A DNA stretch of 64,000 nt from positions 416,001 to 480,000 of the forward strand of contig OZ251539.1 in NCBI GenBank assembly GCA_965243135.1, in the 5' to 3' direction. Each line of letters starts with the position of its first letter. Position 1 is the stretch's first letter. Below, piece after piece: positions 1 through 11,334 of the stretch. The notes under the pieces were generated by a model. It had not been told where the DNA came from and ran no database searches. It worked only from the letters and a program-made list of their open reading frames with translations. The position numbers and the translations under genes were made by a program. The stretch comes from Alphaproteobacteria bacterium. GTDB taxonomy: Bacteria > Pseudomonadota > Alphaproteobacteria > MPNO01 > UBA830.

Positions 1-510
1 GCCGCGGAAGTTGCCCTTCGGCAAGCGGCCGAACAGGCGCTGCCGCCGCCGTGCGAAGCCGACATCCATTATCTGCAAGGACGCATCGCCCTCCATCGGG
101 GCAATCCGCGAGAGGCCCTCGAAGCTCTGGCCGCCGCCACGGCCCTGGACCCCGGCTACTGGAACGCCTGGCGCGATCAGATCCCGGCGCTTATACGCTT
201 GTTGCGGGAGCCAGGGATGCGTCCGGCAGACTGCCTCGACAGGACGCGCCGTCTGATCCGAGCGCTCGGACTGCTTCCGCAGCTTGCCAATGACACACGC
301 CAGTTCTCTATGCTGGCGCTTTCGCTTGAGCGGCACGATCCGCATCGTTCGGCGACCCTTCTTGCCTTGGGGCTTACTTGGTCGTGGGCGGGTCAAGAGC
401 AATACGCTCGTGGCGTTCTCTTTCGCGCGCTGGAGGCGCCCGAAGCGTTGCCCGACGTTTGCGAACATGCAATTCGGTCGAGGGTCACGGCCGCCTTGGA
501 GGGCACATGA
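1..510 (+). CDS. TPR-like protein, 5'-partial
   Basis: Frame +1 is open from base 1: ADIHYLQGRIALHRGNPREALEALAAATALDPGYWNAW is a TPR-like helix pair; continues into ORF 199..510. Confidence 0.55.
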   Translation, partial: AAEVALRQAAEQALPPPCEADIHYLQGRIALHRGNPREALEALAAATALDPGYWNAWRDQIPALIRLLREPGMRPADCLDRTRRLIRALGLLPQLANDTRQFSMLALSLERHDPHRSATLLALGLTWSWAGQEQYARGVLFRALEAPEALPDVCEHAIRSRVTAALEGT

Positions 511-559
511 AGCCGGAAGCAATGGAGCTTTCGGCGCTTGGGTTCGGTGCGGCGGCAAC

Positions 560-1201
560 ATGACGAACGGCAACCGAGAAAGATCGCTTTCTTCGGGGAC
601 GGGGGCCGGACTGGCCTGCCTTTTCGCGGTTGTCGCCGTGATGTGGGCGAGGGAGGCGAATCCCGGTGCGCAGAACGCTGAAGCTTGGGGAGCTTTGTGG
701 GTTTACGCTTTGGCTCTCGTCATCGAATGGCGACGCTCTGGAATTGAAGCGGCTGCCAGGCGCGCCTTGTTCAGCGTAGTCTTGGCGGCGGGAGGCGTGT
801 CGCTCGTCGGCGTCTGTCTCCTCGCTTGGGGATATGCCGTTCCGGCGACAGCGTGCACCAACCTTGCGATCGCCCCGGCCTCACCAGCCGTGGCGGCCGT
901 AGCCGGTTTGGGGCTGGCGTTGCTTCCGCTGGCTGGGGTAGCTTGCTTCGGAACCGCGGTTCCGCCGCTTTCCGCAGCAGCAGCCTGCGTCGTCGCGGCT
1001 GTCTGGATGCAACCCGCCTTGCCGCCGTTGGCGTGGTTGCCGATCTCTCCGGTCGCGGGCGCGGCGCTGGCCGGAACCTTGGTCGCAGCGACCATGATCG
1101 TTGGATGCACGGCGGCCAGAGGGGCGTTCGCGGCTATCGGCGGGCTGACGGTCTATTTTGCGATGAGCGTGGGTGGTGCCATGCTGCTCGGAAGGTTGTG
1201 A
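560..1201 (+). CDS. Hydrophobic multi-pass membrane protein
   Basis: ATG at 560 in ORF 284..1201; several Ala/Leu/Val/Gly-rich hydrophobic segments. Confidence 0.55.
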   Translation: MTNGNRERSLSSGTGAGLACLFAVVAVMWAREANPGAQNAEAWGALWVYALALVIEWRRSGIEAAARRALFSVVLAAGGVSLVGVCLLAWGYAVPATACTNLAIAPASPAVAAVAGLGLALLPLAGVACFGTAVPPLSAAAACVVAAVWMQPALPPLAWLPISPVAGAALAGTLVAATMIVGCTAARGAFAAIGGLTVYFAMSVGGAMLLGRL

Positions 1202-1612
1202 GGGGCGGTAGCGAACGAGGTTCGAATCGCGGATCACGCAGGCGCGTTGACCGCGGCAATTCCTTCCCCCTATCAACTCCGAAGCGGCAGCTTTCCGCAG
1301 CCACGTCAGCGAGCAGGGTGAAAACTGGTGTAGGCCAACTTGCATGGCCCGTTGAATAAAACGAATCGGCACCGAGAGTTAAGCATGGGCACATGACAGT
1401 TTTTCATTTGTCCCGAGATCGCTTGCCGCGATCTCGCTTCGCGGGTGTTGAGTCTATCGTTGCAGGCGATGGAGGCGGATTTATTCGAAATGTTCGCCGA
1501 GCAGCCACGCCTCGGCAATCATTCTGGTGCGCGCCAGGCACAGCTGGAAATTGTCGAAAATCGAAAAACTGCTCGACAAGATTCGTACCGCGCTGGTCTA
1601 GGGCCGCCGGAG

Positions 1613-3160
1613 GGGTGTGAATCTCATATTGCCAAAGTCAAGTTTTCCATTGTCAGGCTGCGATGGCCTCCTGATCGTCGTTCGCGATGCTTGCTCCGAC
1701 CATTGCTTGCCATGCCGAATCGGTCTGACTTTATCAATGCCCTGAAGGTGAGGACGTTCTGACCGCATGCTCCAACGCGCCCGTTTCATGCGCTGGTTGA
1801 CCAGCACCTTGTTGGCGGCTTCGACAACACCCGACCCGATCGTGTAACCCATGGCATTCAGGGCCGCGTAACGCATGCGGCGCCTGTGCTTCTGGAAAAA
1901 CCTGAGTTCGCGTTCGAGATCCTTGAGTGCCGTCGCAGTCGTCGCCTTGTCGCGAAGATGGCGGATCGCCCGAATGACCTACCGTTGGCATCGTCGCGCA
2001 GGATGGCACGGTACTTGTCGTACCAATCGGTTGCGACGGTCGGCGACGTCGCTGAGATGTTCGCATGCATGGAAGAAACGCCCGCTCGTCGGGCTGAAGC
2101 CTCTCAAGAAACGTCCAGTTGTCGGCTGCGGCGTCGGCGACGAGTTGAAGATCGGGTCTCACTTTCCGGATGTGGGCGACCTCTTCCGCGATCTGCGCTT
2201 TCAGCGTTACCTTGCCGGCTTCCGGCATAAAAATACAATGTTTCCAAGCGATTGCCGTCCGCGTCATGGAAACTGACCGTCCCGCAAGACGCTTCGCGCC
2301 AGCATGCTTCTTCGCGCCCGTTGGGGCGAAGCGCAACCCCATCGAGCGAGACAGCGAAAGAAACCGCCTCCGTCGGCACCGGTTTCGCCTTCCGGATTTC
2401 GTCCATGGCCGCCTCGCCTTTCTCCTTCCAGAGATCGCCCGCCGTAACCAAAAGACGTTGCAGATGGCTCGTCGACGGGTTCATGCCCCCCAGTTTTTCG
2501 AAGAGTTTGACCGCGTCTCTCGGCGTACAGTGGTCCATGGAGAGCGCGGTAAGCGGCTGGAACCGTGAGATAACCGTCGACCAGCCCCAGGCTTTCATCG
2601 ACCGGCGGACGAACTTCCCGAATGCAACCGCGAGCGGGAGAACGTGACAGGACCGAACAATGTGTGGATGGTCTTTTGCGTCGGTGCAGCCCGGTAGAAA
2701 ACCTGACCCTCCCGGCGAACCGGGCCTTCCTCCACGTCCCGCGCTTCAATGTAATCGCCTACGGCCGCCCGGCAGATCGCGTAGGTATGCTGGAACAACT
2801 CGGTTTCGAAACCGGCGAACGCCTCGGAACCCTGATCTTGTCGTTCCACCCACTCGAAGGCTGCGGCTGACTGGAATGCCTCGGCAGTCGCCGCGGGGAG
2901 CTTCGAGAAGGACAAACCGGCCGAAGGCTGTAATGCTGGCATGGGAATGATGTTGTGGTGCCAACATTTTACCGCATCTTGCGGCTTGGAGCATTCCTTT
3001 TTTCGCCCCCCCCCCCCCCCCCGCCATCGTGACAAAATCCGCGCCCGGTTGTCACGAAATCGCTGATTTTGGCCTTGAAGCGCTATCGCGCAAACTTTGT
3101 TAATCCTTAAAAATCAACACCTTATAGATTTTTCAATTTGGCAATATCAGATTTGCACCC
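1613..3160 (-). mobile_element. ISKra4-like (UPF0236-type) IS, copy 1, frameshifted transposase
   Basis: Ends GGGTGTGAATCTCATATTGCCAAA and TTTGGCAATATCAGATTTGCACCC; 8-bp direct repeat cgccggag (1605-1612, 3161-3168); motifs HACEHL and IGSGVVEAANKVLVNQRMKR. Confidence 0.9.
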
Positions 3161-3263
3161 CGCCGGAGGCTCGTGATTTCGCGGTTGAGCCAGCGGCCCA
3201 AGGTCAGCAAACGCAAAGCGGCCGGCGCAAGGAACGCGTCGCCGACATGGAAATCCACTGCTA

Positions 3264-4482
3264 GTGCTTTATCAGAATATTATATTAGGATAAACTGATT
3301 TCAACTTGCAACGGGCGTCGTCGATTTTCATCTGCCAGTCCACGCCCCGCTGCCGCTCGTTGACGTCGACAGCCCACGCCGAGATTTCGGCCTGGAGGGT
3401 CTCGAGGTCGCCGAGCCGACGATGGCGCAGGCACTGCCGGGTCATGGAGCTGAGTTCGTTCTCCGCGATGTTCAGCCAACTCCCATGCTTCGGCGTGTAG
3501 CAGAACTCGATTCGCTTGACCAACTTCCGTGCCCGCTCGGGTTCGAACGCCTCGTAGAAAGCTCCTGGCGTATGGGTGTTGAGGTTGTCGCACACGAGGG
3601 TGACCTTCTCGCAGTCCGCGTAGCGGCCCTCCAGCAGGTCGGCGACTTCCTCGGCCCAGTCCACTTTCGTCCTGCGCTTGCGCGCTGTCGCCCGTCGCCA
3701 GGAGGACAGGGCCTCGCAGAACATGAAGATCGACGCGGTGCCCGCCCGTTCGTACTCGTAGTCGACGCGTCGCGGATGATCTTTGGTGGCGGGAATCGGC
3801 ACGCGCGTTTCCTTGATGAGCTGCACGGGTTGCTCGTCCATGCAGACCACCGGACGCTCGAGATCGTAAGGTTTTTCATATGTTTCAAGCACTTGTTCCA
3901 TGTGCGCGGCAAACTCCGCATCGCCGTCGGGCGGAATCACCCAGTGCTGGACTTTCCTTTTGCAGGAGAAGCCGTTTTTTTTAGCGTCTGTCGCACCGTT
4001 TCATAGCTTATGGAGTCCACGATCCCCAATTCCACCACCTTCCCGGCCAGCAACCGCAACGACCAGTTGGCGTACCCTTTCGGGGGATCCCCCTGACGCA
4101 AGGCAATGACCTTGGCCTCCGCCTCGCCGTCGAGAATCTTCGGTCTCGGCGGCGTCTCCCGCCGCTTCCGCTCCAGCGCCCGCCCCTCCCTCGACAAAAT
4201 TCTGGCGGATGTTCTCCACCGTCTTCGTCCGACACGAGAACGCCTCCGCGATCTTCCGGTCGGTCCACGCCGGCCCGTCGGCGTCGGTCTTCAACAGAAT
4301 CTGGGCGCGGCGAACCCTCTCGCTGCTCCCCTTCAGCCTGCGGATCGTTTCGTGGCAGGTCTCCCGTTCCTCGGCCGTCAGCCGGACGATGTACTTCTTG
4401 TGCATGAAAGCACGTAGCCTACGTTAGCTACTCGATAGCAAATACTGTATAAAAAATCTAATTTTTTATTTGGATAAAGCAC
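3264..4482 (-). mobile_element. IS630-family element
   Basis: IRs GTGCTTTATC and GATAAAGCAC flanked by TA in CTAG context; ORF B 3272..3940 has DE, DNLNTH and SWLNIAE; A8 slippery site near 3975-3982; ORF A has an extra frameshift near 4185. Confidence 0.9.
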
Positions 4483-5065
4483 TAGACTGTCCTGTTGCCG
4501 CCGCCGTGGGACCGCACCGAATTCCCGTCCGTTCACGTGAGCGAGCCGGAACCGCCTGAAGGTGCCAAACCGGTGGATCCTGATCACCACAGTCGCCATT
4601 TCCTCCGTGGATGACGCGTTGCAGGTCATAGCCTGGTACGCTTGGCGGATTGAAGATTGGCATCGTGCGTTGAAATCCAAGTGTGAAATCGAGGAGACAG
4701 GCCCCGCAGCCTGCCTCGAACGAGTGACCAACGCCGTCATCGCATGGCGCATCATGTTGATGATCCTGTTGGCCCGCAAGACACCGACAGCTCCTGACGA
4801 ACTCCTGTTTTTGGACTTGGAATCGCTCGTCATCTACGCAACGAAACTGCTGTCGGCGAGAAGGCACGGGAAAGGTTCCGCTGCAGGCGTTGCGACAGAA
4901 AAGCGCTAGCACGAGCGTTAATTGCGATGCGCTGGTGCGGGTCGACCGCGCAAGCTCGATGCTGCCCTACAACGCGGCGACTATGACCTCGAAGATTCCG
5001 CTTTCGCGATTGACGCCATGACATTGCGCGGGGCCGCCGATGACGAAGACACCAGATCCATGTCA

Positions 5066-5400
5066 TCAGCGTCGTCGGCCACTAAACGTCCTTCGCGCAT
5101 GTTCGGGAAAGGTCGGAAAGCCGCCGACCGGAGCGCCAACTGGCCCGCCCGGAGGCCGCTGCACGCGCCAGCTGCGTCTCTTCATCTCCGTGCAGAAGGG
5201 GCGATATGACCGCCCCGACCCGTTCGGCCGCAGCCTCCACGCCCTGTCCGCGACATGCGCATATCGAAGCGTCATCTGGACATTCTGGTGGTCGGCCAGG
5301 CGTGCCACCACCGGCAGCGGAATGCCTTGCACCACCGCATGGCTGGCAAAAGTATGCAGCAGATCGTGCAGACGGACATTCGAGTTGACGGGGGACTACT
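5066..5400 (-). pseudogene. Tyrosine recombinase C-terminal fragment
   Basis: GIPLPVVARLADHQNVQMTLRYAHV resembles the integrase box II H...Y region. Confidence 0.55.
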
Positions 5401-5548
5401 TGACAATGGCAACATCCCCTGCCAGACTTACCCTCCTTGTGATCGTGGTGGATCGAGAAGTTCCTTAGCCTTGATGACGGTCTGGAGTGGAAATGCCGCT
5501 CGCTGCTGCCCTAGACACCTTGACACTGAGTGAACATGGAGGCATGAC

Positions 5549-5893
5549 ATGTCTGAACAACCAAAGAAAAAACGCGGTTTGTGGTGGAAACTCCCAGCAA
5601 TCGGGGTAATCGTAATTGTAGCAGTTAGCATGCTCTCCGACAATGGTACCATTGAAACTTGTGATGATTTGGCTCCTCGTATCATTGACCTAAGTAAAGA
5701 ACAAAAAAATCCCTTCTCGCCATCGATACTAAAGATTTATGATATTACTGAGCAGGAAAAAACCGGAAATCAGATATTAAACTGCCATGGAAATGCTAAA
5801 CTAAGCCGGGGAGATCTAGATCCAAATGTGAATTTTTATCTGCAACAGGATGATGATGGTGATCGGTTTTTTGGCTACAATATCGAACGTTAA
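5549..5893 (+). CDS. Hypothetical protein with N-terminal membrane anchor
   Basis: GGAGG RBS upstream; basic N-terminus then hydrophobic helix; two Cys; AT-richer than flanks. Confidence 0.75.
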   Translation: MSEQPKKKRGLWWKLPAIGVIVIVAVSMLSDNGTIETCDDLAPRIIDLSKEQKNPFSPSILKIYDITEQEKTGNQILNCHGNAKLSRGDLDPNVNFYLQQDDDGDRFFGYNIER

Positions 5894-6044
5894 TAGAGGA
5901 TCTACTGAGGACATTGTTAAATGTTATGTTGCTGTCGATTCCTAATTTAACTCATGAATTAAACCTGAAGTGTAACAACCTATTCGTTAAGGTCAGTACG
6001 GTTGAAATTCTCAATAAATTTGTCGCGGAATGTGGTATCGAGAT

Positions 6045-6580
6045 ATTTTTATAGAACTCTGTTTTTGTTTCCGGATCGGGATTTTCGCCGTCAGGCGGCG
6101 TTCACCGCCTAATTGTCATTTGTGGCGTGCGTTCCGGTTATCGCTCGCTAGGCGGCGGCGAAGCGGCCCGACATTGCCCTAAAGGCGAGGATGTTCTGAC
6201 CGCCTTCGATGCTCCAGCACATGTCGGCCCGCTTCATGCGCTGGTTGATCAACACCTTGTTGACGGCTTCGATAACGCCCAACCCGATCATGTAACCGCT
6301 CAGGCCGCGTGGCGTATGCGGCGTTTGTGCTTCAAGAAAAACCTGAGCTCTCGTCGAGATCCTTGGGCACTGTCGCTGTCGTCACCTTGTCGCGGAGAGC
6401 GCACGGATGACCTTGTTGATGCCGTTGGCGTCGTCACGCAGGACAGCCCGGTACTTGTGGTAGTCAGTCGCGATGGCGTGAACGTCGCTGAGATGTTCGC
6501 ATGCAAAAAAAATCGGGCGGCTGTTCGTCGGGCCGAAGTCTCTCAAGAAACGTTCAATTGTCGGCTGCGGCATCAGCGAC
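6045..6580 (-). pseudogene. ISKra4-like transposase C-terminal fragment
   Basis: ACEHLSDV, YRAVLRDDANGINKVIRA and GYMIGLGVIEAVNKVLINQRMKR match the other copies. Confidence 0.8.
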
Positions 6581-6584
6581 AACG

Positions 6585-7020
6585 TACAGCGTGTACAGTG
6601 TGCGCCGACCTTGCGGTCGCCCCGGCGTCACCAGCCGTGGCGGCCGTGGATGCTTTGGAGCTGGCGTTGCTTCCGCTGGCTGGGTAGCTTGCTTCGGAAC
6701 CGCGGTTCCCCCTTTCCGTTGCAGCAGCCCGCGTCGTCGCGGCTGTCTGGTTGCAACCCGCCTTGCCGCCGTTGGCGTGGTTGCCGACCTTTCCGGTCGC
6801 GGGCGCGGCTCTGGCCGGAACCCCGGTCGCAGCGACCATGATCGTTGGATGCACGGCGGCCAGAGGGGCGTTCGCGGTTATCGGCGGGCTGACGGTCTAT
6901 TTTGCGATGAGCGTGGGTGGCGCCGTGCTCCTCGGAAGGTTGTGAGGGAGCGGTAGCGAACGAGGGTCGAACCGCGGACCGTGCTGGCACCGACGCTTCG
7001 ACCGCGGCAATTCCTTCCTT
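6585..7020 (+). repeat. Diverged duplicate of about 847-1265 (3' part of the membrane protein gene)
   Basis: Near-identical sequence, e.g. QPALPPLAWLP...LLGRL plus downstream bases; contains frameshifts. Confidence 0.85.
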
Positions 7021-7272
7021 CCGTTCCGTACAGCGGAGGAGATGTCTCCCGAGCCGATCGATCTTCCGCAACCAGGAGGCGCGGCAACCGCTGGGCAGGC
7101 GACAGGTTTCATCGGTCGGATGCGTTACGGAGATATGCCTGCGGCATCGGCGATCATCGCTTTCCGCAGCCGCCGCATCGGAATTCCGAACACGCGAAGC
7201 GTTATCTTTCTGTCGCCAAAGGCACGGGATTTTGCAATAATCCCCGTGCTACGATGGAGATGACGATAAGCT

Positions 7273-8804
7273 ATGCGGCGTTGTGCCCGTCACATGCTCG
7301 CGTTCTTTGCGGCCGCAGGCGCTGGTCTGTCGGTGGCTGCGTGGGCCGATCAAGCTGTCGATCTTGAGAACGAAATCGCCGCCGCTCTCCAACAGGCGCA
7401 GTCGGCGCTGGATCAGGAATCCGCACGGCTGGACGAACTGGCCGACCGGCAGAAACTCTTGGCGTTGCCCGACGGTACTCCCAGCGCCGCGCAGGCTGCA
7501 GCCAACATTCGTCTCTATGAAATAACAATCCGTGAACTTGAGGCGAGCTGGATTGCGCACCAGAAGTCGCTCACCGGCGCGCTGAACGGGCTCCGTCCGG
7601 AACTAGAGGCGCTAGTGAAACGCCTGTCCGGCTCCACCTCCATTTACGCGTCGGGCGAGAACTCCTTGGGATTAGACCGTAAGGACCGCGCCTCAATCCA
7701 GCGGGGATTAACGGCCCTCGGTTTCGATGCCGGTCCGTCGGACGGACTGTTCGGCAATCGGACTCGCTCGGCAATCCGCGGATGGCAGGCGGATACGGGT
7801 CATCAAGAAACCGGTTACCTTACGCGAGAGCAAGCCGACTCTCTGCTTTCCGCCGGACAGGAAGGGAGCGGAAGCGGCTCGTCCAGAACGCCTCCCGTGC
7901 AGCCGGAAGCCGAACCTGATCCTTCGACTCGAAGCATCCGTCGACCGGCTCATGGTCGCGAGGCTTCCTCCGAAGAGGCGGCGTTCGGAGTCGGCAAACT
8001 CTTCCGGGATTGTTCGGCTTGCCCGGAGATGGTCGTGATTCCGGCCGGTACGTTCCGAATGGGGTCCGCGCCGTCAGAGCATGGCCGCCGCAACAATGAG
8101 GGGCCCGTTCATTCCGTCAGTATTTCGCCTGCTCTCGCGGTCGGGGTCCATGAGGTGACGAAGCTTGAGTTCACCGCCTTCACTGCCGAAACCGGACACC
8201 GAACAGGAGATAGCTGTCTGATTCAGCTTGACAGGATGGAAGAGCGGCGAGGCAGGGGCTGGCGGAACCCTGGCTTTCCGGAGACGCATCGCAATCCGGT
8301 GGTATGCGTCAACTGGAGCGACGCGCAGGCTTACATAGAGTGGCTGCTCCAGAAAACCGGAGCCAGATACCGCCTGCTCACCGAATCGGAGTGGGAATAC
8401 GCGGCGCGGGCTGGAACGGAGATGCCTCGTTGGTGGGGCGATGCGTCGCAATGCAGCCATGCGAACGGAGCCGACAAGACCCATCCCGGAGCGGCGGGCG
8501 TCGACTGTCACGACGGGCATCGCTGGACAGCCCCGGCAGGCAGCTTTCGTGCCAGCCCTTGGGGCTTCACGATATGTTGGGAAACGTTTGGGAGTGGACG
8601 CAGGACTGTTGGAAGGACAGCTACCGGAATGCGTGGCCGGACGGCAGGGCTCGGGAAGAGCCGGATTGTTCCGGGCGCGTACTTCGCGGCGGTTCCTGGA
8701 ACCTCGATGCGGCCGGCCTGCGGGCCGCCAATCGTAGCTGGAGTTTCCATGAAGTCCGAAGCATCGATATCGGCTTTCGGGTTGCAAGGGATATATCGCA
8801 ATGA
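7273..8804 (+). pseudogene. Secreted protein: coiled coil, peptidoglycan-binding domain and FGE-sulfatase (SUMF1-like) domain; frameshift near 8565
   Basis: Signal-like N-terminus; IQRGLTALGFDAGPSDGLFGNRTRSAIRGWQ; CPEMVVIPAGTFRMGS; YRLLTESEWEYAARAG; C-terminus LHDMLGNVWEW...GFRVARD lies in ORF 8304..8804. Confidence 0.85.
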
Positions 8805-8949
8805 CGTTGCGAGCGGCGATCAATGCGTGCAGGCGGTTGCGGGTTCCCGACCGCACGGAAGGCAATGTGCATTCGGGGACGGTTCGGTCGCTTGGTTCAT
8901 TTCGAGAGACATTCGGGGAACGGTTGCGATTTTCTGAAGAGGTTTCCGC

Positions 8950-9936
8950 ATGAAGAAGCGAGAGGTGCGTGGCATCTTCTTGACCCTCTGTATCGGCTTC
9001 GCAATTGGAACCGCGTCCGCGCAGTCCGATCCTCAAGTCATCCCGGCAGCGGATCTGCAGGTCCAAAAAGAGGCACTCGAACGCCTTGCGGCACAGCTTG
9101 CGGAGCAGTGGAAATCGCTGGACGAGCGGCGGCGCGAACTTAACCGAGAACGCCTGCTTTTGTTGGCGGGGGACCGACCTGCAGACAAGGCGCAACTTGA
9201 TATCTGGTTCAAGCGCGAGAGGGTGGCCAAAAGTCTCGAAAGCGACATTGATAGCTTGAAACGGTTGAAAACGGTCATCGCGTCCGGAGCACTTGCCCGA
9301 GTTCGACGACCGCGCATGCAACAGGCTATCGCGTTCGTTCCCTCCCCGGGTTTGGCGAGGGCCAATCTCGCGGTCAATCTGCGCGATGCGCCGGACGGTG
9401 AACGGATAAGGGTCTTGCAATCAGACGAACTCGTGATCCGGCTGGCCAGCGGCGGCGGTTGGAGCGTTGTCGCGACGACTGATGGAATTGCGTTCGTTCC
9501 TACGTCACAGTTGAAACAACTGGCCGACACGATGGATAAAGAAACACTTGCGGGCACCACATTGCTGAAGGGCAACGCCGAGACGCTCGCTTCGCCGTCT
9601 GCCGCTTTGGCCATTCGGCGGACCTCCATGGTCGAAGAGAACGCCCCCTTGGCCCCTGCAGGAGGCAGCGAGGCGGGGCGACCCTCCCGGATCGTGGTCC
9701 ATGCGGTCGCAAAGAGCTACGTTCTGGTTCGGGACACGGACGGCAACGAACTATACTCTGGGGTGATGCAGGCCGGAGACGCCTACGAAGCACCGCTGGG
9801 CGAGAATCTCCTGCTAGACACCGGAAACGCTGGTGGTCTCCGCGTGACCGTCGATGGACAGGAGGCTCCGCCTCTCGGTTCTATCGGCGATGTTATGCGT
9901 GGGATTCCGCTTGATCGAAGACTTCTCAGCCGGTGA
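8950..9936 (+). CDS. Secreted protein with coiled coil, SH3b-like and RodZ C-terminal (DUF4115-like) domains
   Basis: Signal peptide; VNLRDAPDGERIRVL...GWSVV...AFVPTSQL; SYVLVRDTDGNELYSGVMQAGD...TGNAGGLRVTVDG...PLGSIGDV. Confidence 0.75.
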   Translation: MKKREVRGIFLTLCIGFAIGTASAQSDPQVIPAADLQVQKEALERLAAQLAEQWKSLDERRRELNRERLLLLAGDRPADKAQLDIWFKRERVAKSLESDIDSLKRLKTVIASGALARVRRPRMQQAIAFVPSPGLARANLAVNLRDAPDGERIRVLQSDELVIRLASGGGWSVVATTDGIAFVPTSQLKQLADTMDKETLAGTTLLKGNAETLASPSAALAIRRTSMVEENAPLAPAGGSEAGRPSRIVVHAVAKSYVLVRDTDGNELYSGVMQAGDAYEAPLGENLLLDTGNAGGLRVTVDGQEAPPLGSIGDVMRGIPLDRRLLSR

Positions 9937-9939
9937 TGC

Positions 9940-10270
9940 GGCAATGCGGCGGCAATCTGCATGCCGCGTCCGCGAAAGCCCAGCGGCGTTGAGCGGCCGC
10001 TCGTCGCCGGGGAGCGGCGTCTGAGTTTTTGTTGCGCGAGGGAGGGGTGCGGCTGTTGCGTCACGCCGCCCTCGGTGCGGTACTTCGGGCGCCGGGTGTA
10101 CGTGGCCTTCGTCTTCGTGTTCCTGACAGCCATGTCGCAGGGGGTTCGGAGTCCCGAGTTCCGTCTGGTTGTCGATCGTCTGGGCATCGACAAACGCACG
10201 CTTCAGCGCTGGCGGCGTAGGTGGCGCAAGACTTTCGTCGAGACCTCCCTGTGGCGAAAGCCGCGGCCCG
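9940..10270 (+). pseudogene. Fragment of the Cys-rich transposon ORF (paralog of 35396-35900)
   Basis: RLSFCC...VTPPSVRYFGRRVY...IDKRTLQRWRR is shared with the minus-strand copy near 35.6-35.85 kb. Confidence 0.75.
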
Positions 10271-10521
10271 TGAGCCGACATGTGCGGTTGTTTCTCTTGG
10301 TGCGGTGTGTGGTGTGGTGTGTGGTGTTCACGACGCGCTGAAACCGATTTCCCCGGCGCGGGACTTGTGCTCCGTGTCGGCTGCTCTACATCCCGAACCG
10401 CCTCTCGACGAAATGGGAGCGCCGAGCTTTCGATCTTTCCGCTTCGATGCGCCCTTTCGAAAGTGATCGAGGCGATCGAAGTTCGGATACGACCGTGATT
10501 TCAACTTGTACTCCACTCGTT

Positions 10522-11304
10522 CTATGCGCCGGAGCGATCGATATGGACCCGCACTCGACTTATTTGTCGACGCTGCCACTCGCCCTGACGATACTGCGGG
10601 CGGCCCCGAAGATTGCCGACGATGTTCGAGTTCGGCTTGATGTTCGCGGCATTCCATGGAACGGTCTCATCCGTACCGTCTGTAAAATAAGTCGTGATCC
10701 ACGCCCAACCCTTGGACAACAGCGCTTCCTTAAATGCGCCGCTCGGTCCTTCAGGATCGAATTCGATGGGAAGAATGCTGCTGCGCGGTCGGAAAGCCGA
10801 CTCCGGGATTTCCTCCGGCAGTTCTACCTCATGCCCTGCCAGACTCCTCAGGTAGCCGTAGTTCGTCTCGCACAGCTTCGTAATCATCTCATACTGCGCT
10901 TCGCAGTAGCTGCGCAGATCCGCGAACATCTCGGATTGTCTGCGATAATCTGCATGTTCGATGAAACATTCCAGCCTCTTCAACGTTGCGGGCTTGTTTT
11001 TCAGGAATTCTCTGTAGTGCTTTCCACTCTTCAGCCGGTTCGTTTCCGCAGCAGTCGGCACGACATTTCCGTACAGGTCGAGGCCGCAATGATGCCTGTT
11101 CATCGGTACGGCGTGATCCATTTCTCTATCGTCCTCCGTGAGCGTGTCGCCCGTGTAAGCGCAACACCCGTCAAACCACTCGAGGGTCTTCTTCCAGTGT
11201 TCGTCGGTGAAACCTCCGGCAAGGAGGCTGGCGTCGGTCAGGAGGACGCGCACGAAACGGTTCGCGGCGTCTCCCGGACGGTTTTTGGCAATTTTGCGTG
11301 GCAT
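10522..11304 (-). CDS. HNH endonuclease domain protein
   Basis: CCAYTG...EMDHAVPMNRHHCGLDLYGNVVPTAAETNRLKS; GGAG RBS upstream. Confidence 0.8.
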   Translation of the reverse strand: MPRKIAKNRPGDAANRFVRVLLTDASLLAGGFTDEHWKKTLEWFDGCCAYTGDTLTEDDREMDHAVPMNRHHCGLDLYGNVVPTAAETNRLKSGKHYREFLKNKPATLKRLECFIEHADYRRQSEMFADLRSYCEAQYEMITKLCETNYGYLRSLAGHEVELPEEIPESAFRPRSSILPIEFDPEGPSGAFKEALLSKGWAWITTYFTDGTDETVPWNAANIKPNSNIVGNLRGRPQYRQGEWQRRQISRVRVHIDRSGA

Positions 11305-11334
11305 TGTTCGATCTCCATATGCTGCGACGGACCG

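Larger units (their letters stand above)
1440..4910 (+). pseudogene. IS4-family (IS50-like) transposase remnant split by two later IS insertions
   Basis: EADLFEMFAEQ before 1613, a short segment at 3169-3260, then EPEPPEGAKP/WILITT and WY-WRIEDWHRALKSKCEIEE (YREK-like motif) after 4485. Confidence 0.6.

Noticed and set aside
8304-8804. DGR target gene
   Set aside because: FGE/CLec-type domain is present but no template repeat or reverse transcriptase was found in the window.
10295-10330. (GT/GGT)-rich run, and the 21-bp tandem pair at about 52325-52366
   Set aside because: Short low-complexity or two-copy repeats with no supporting context.
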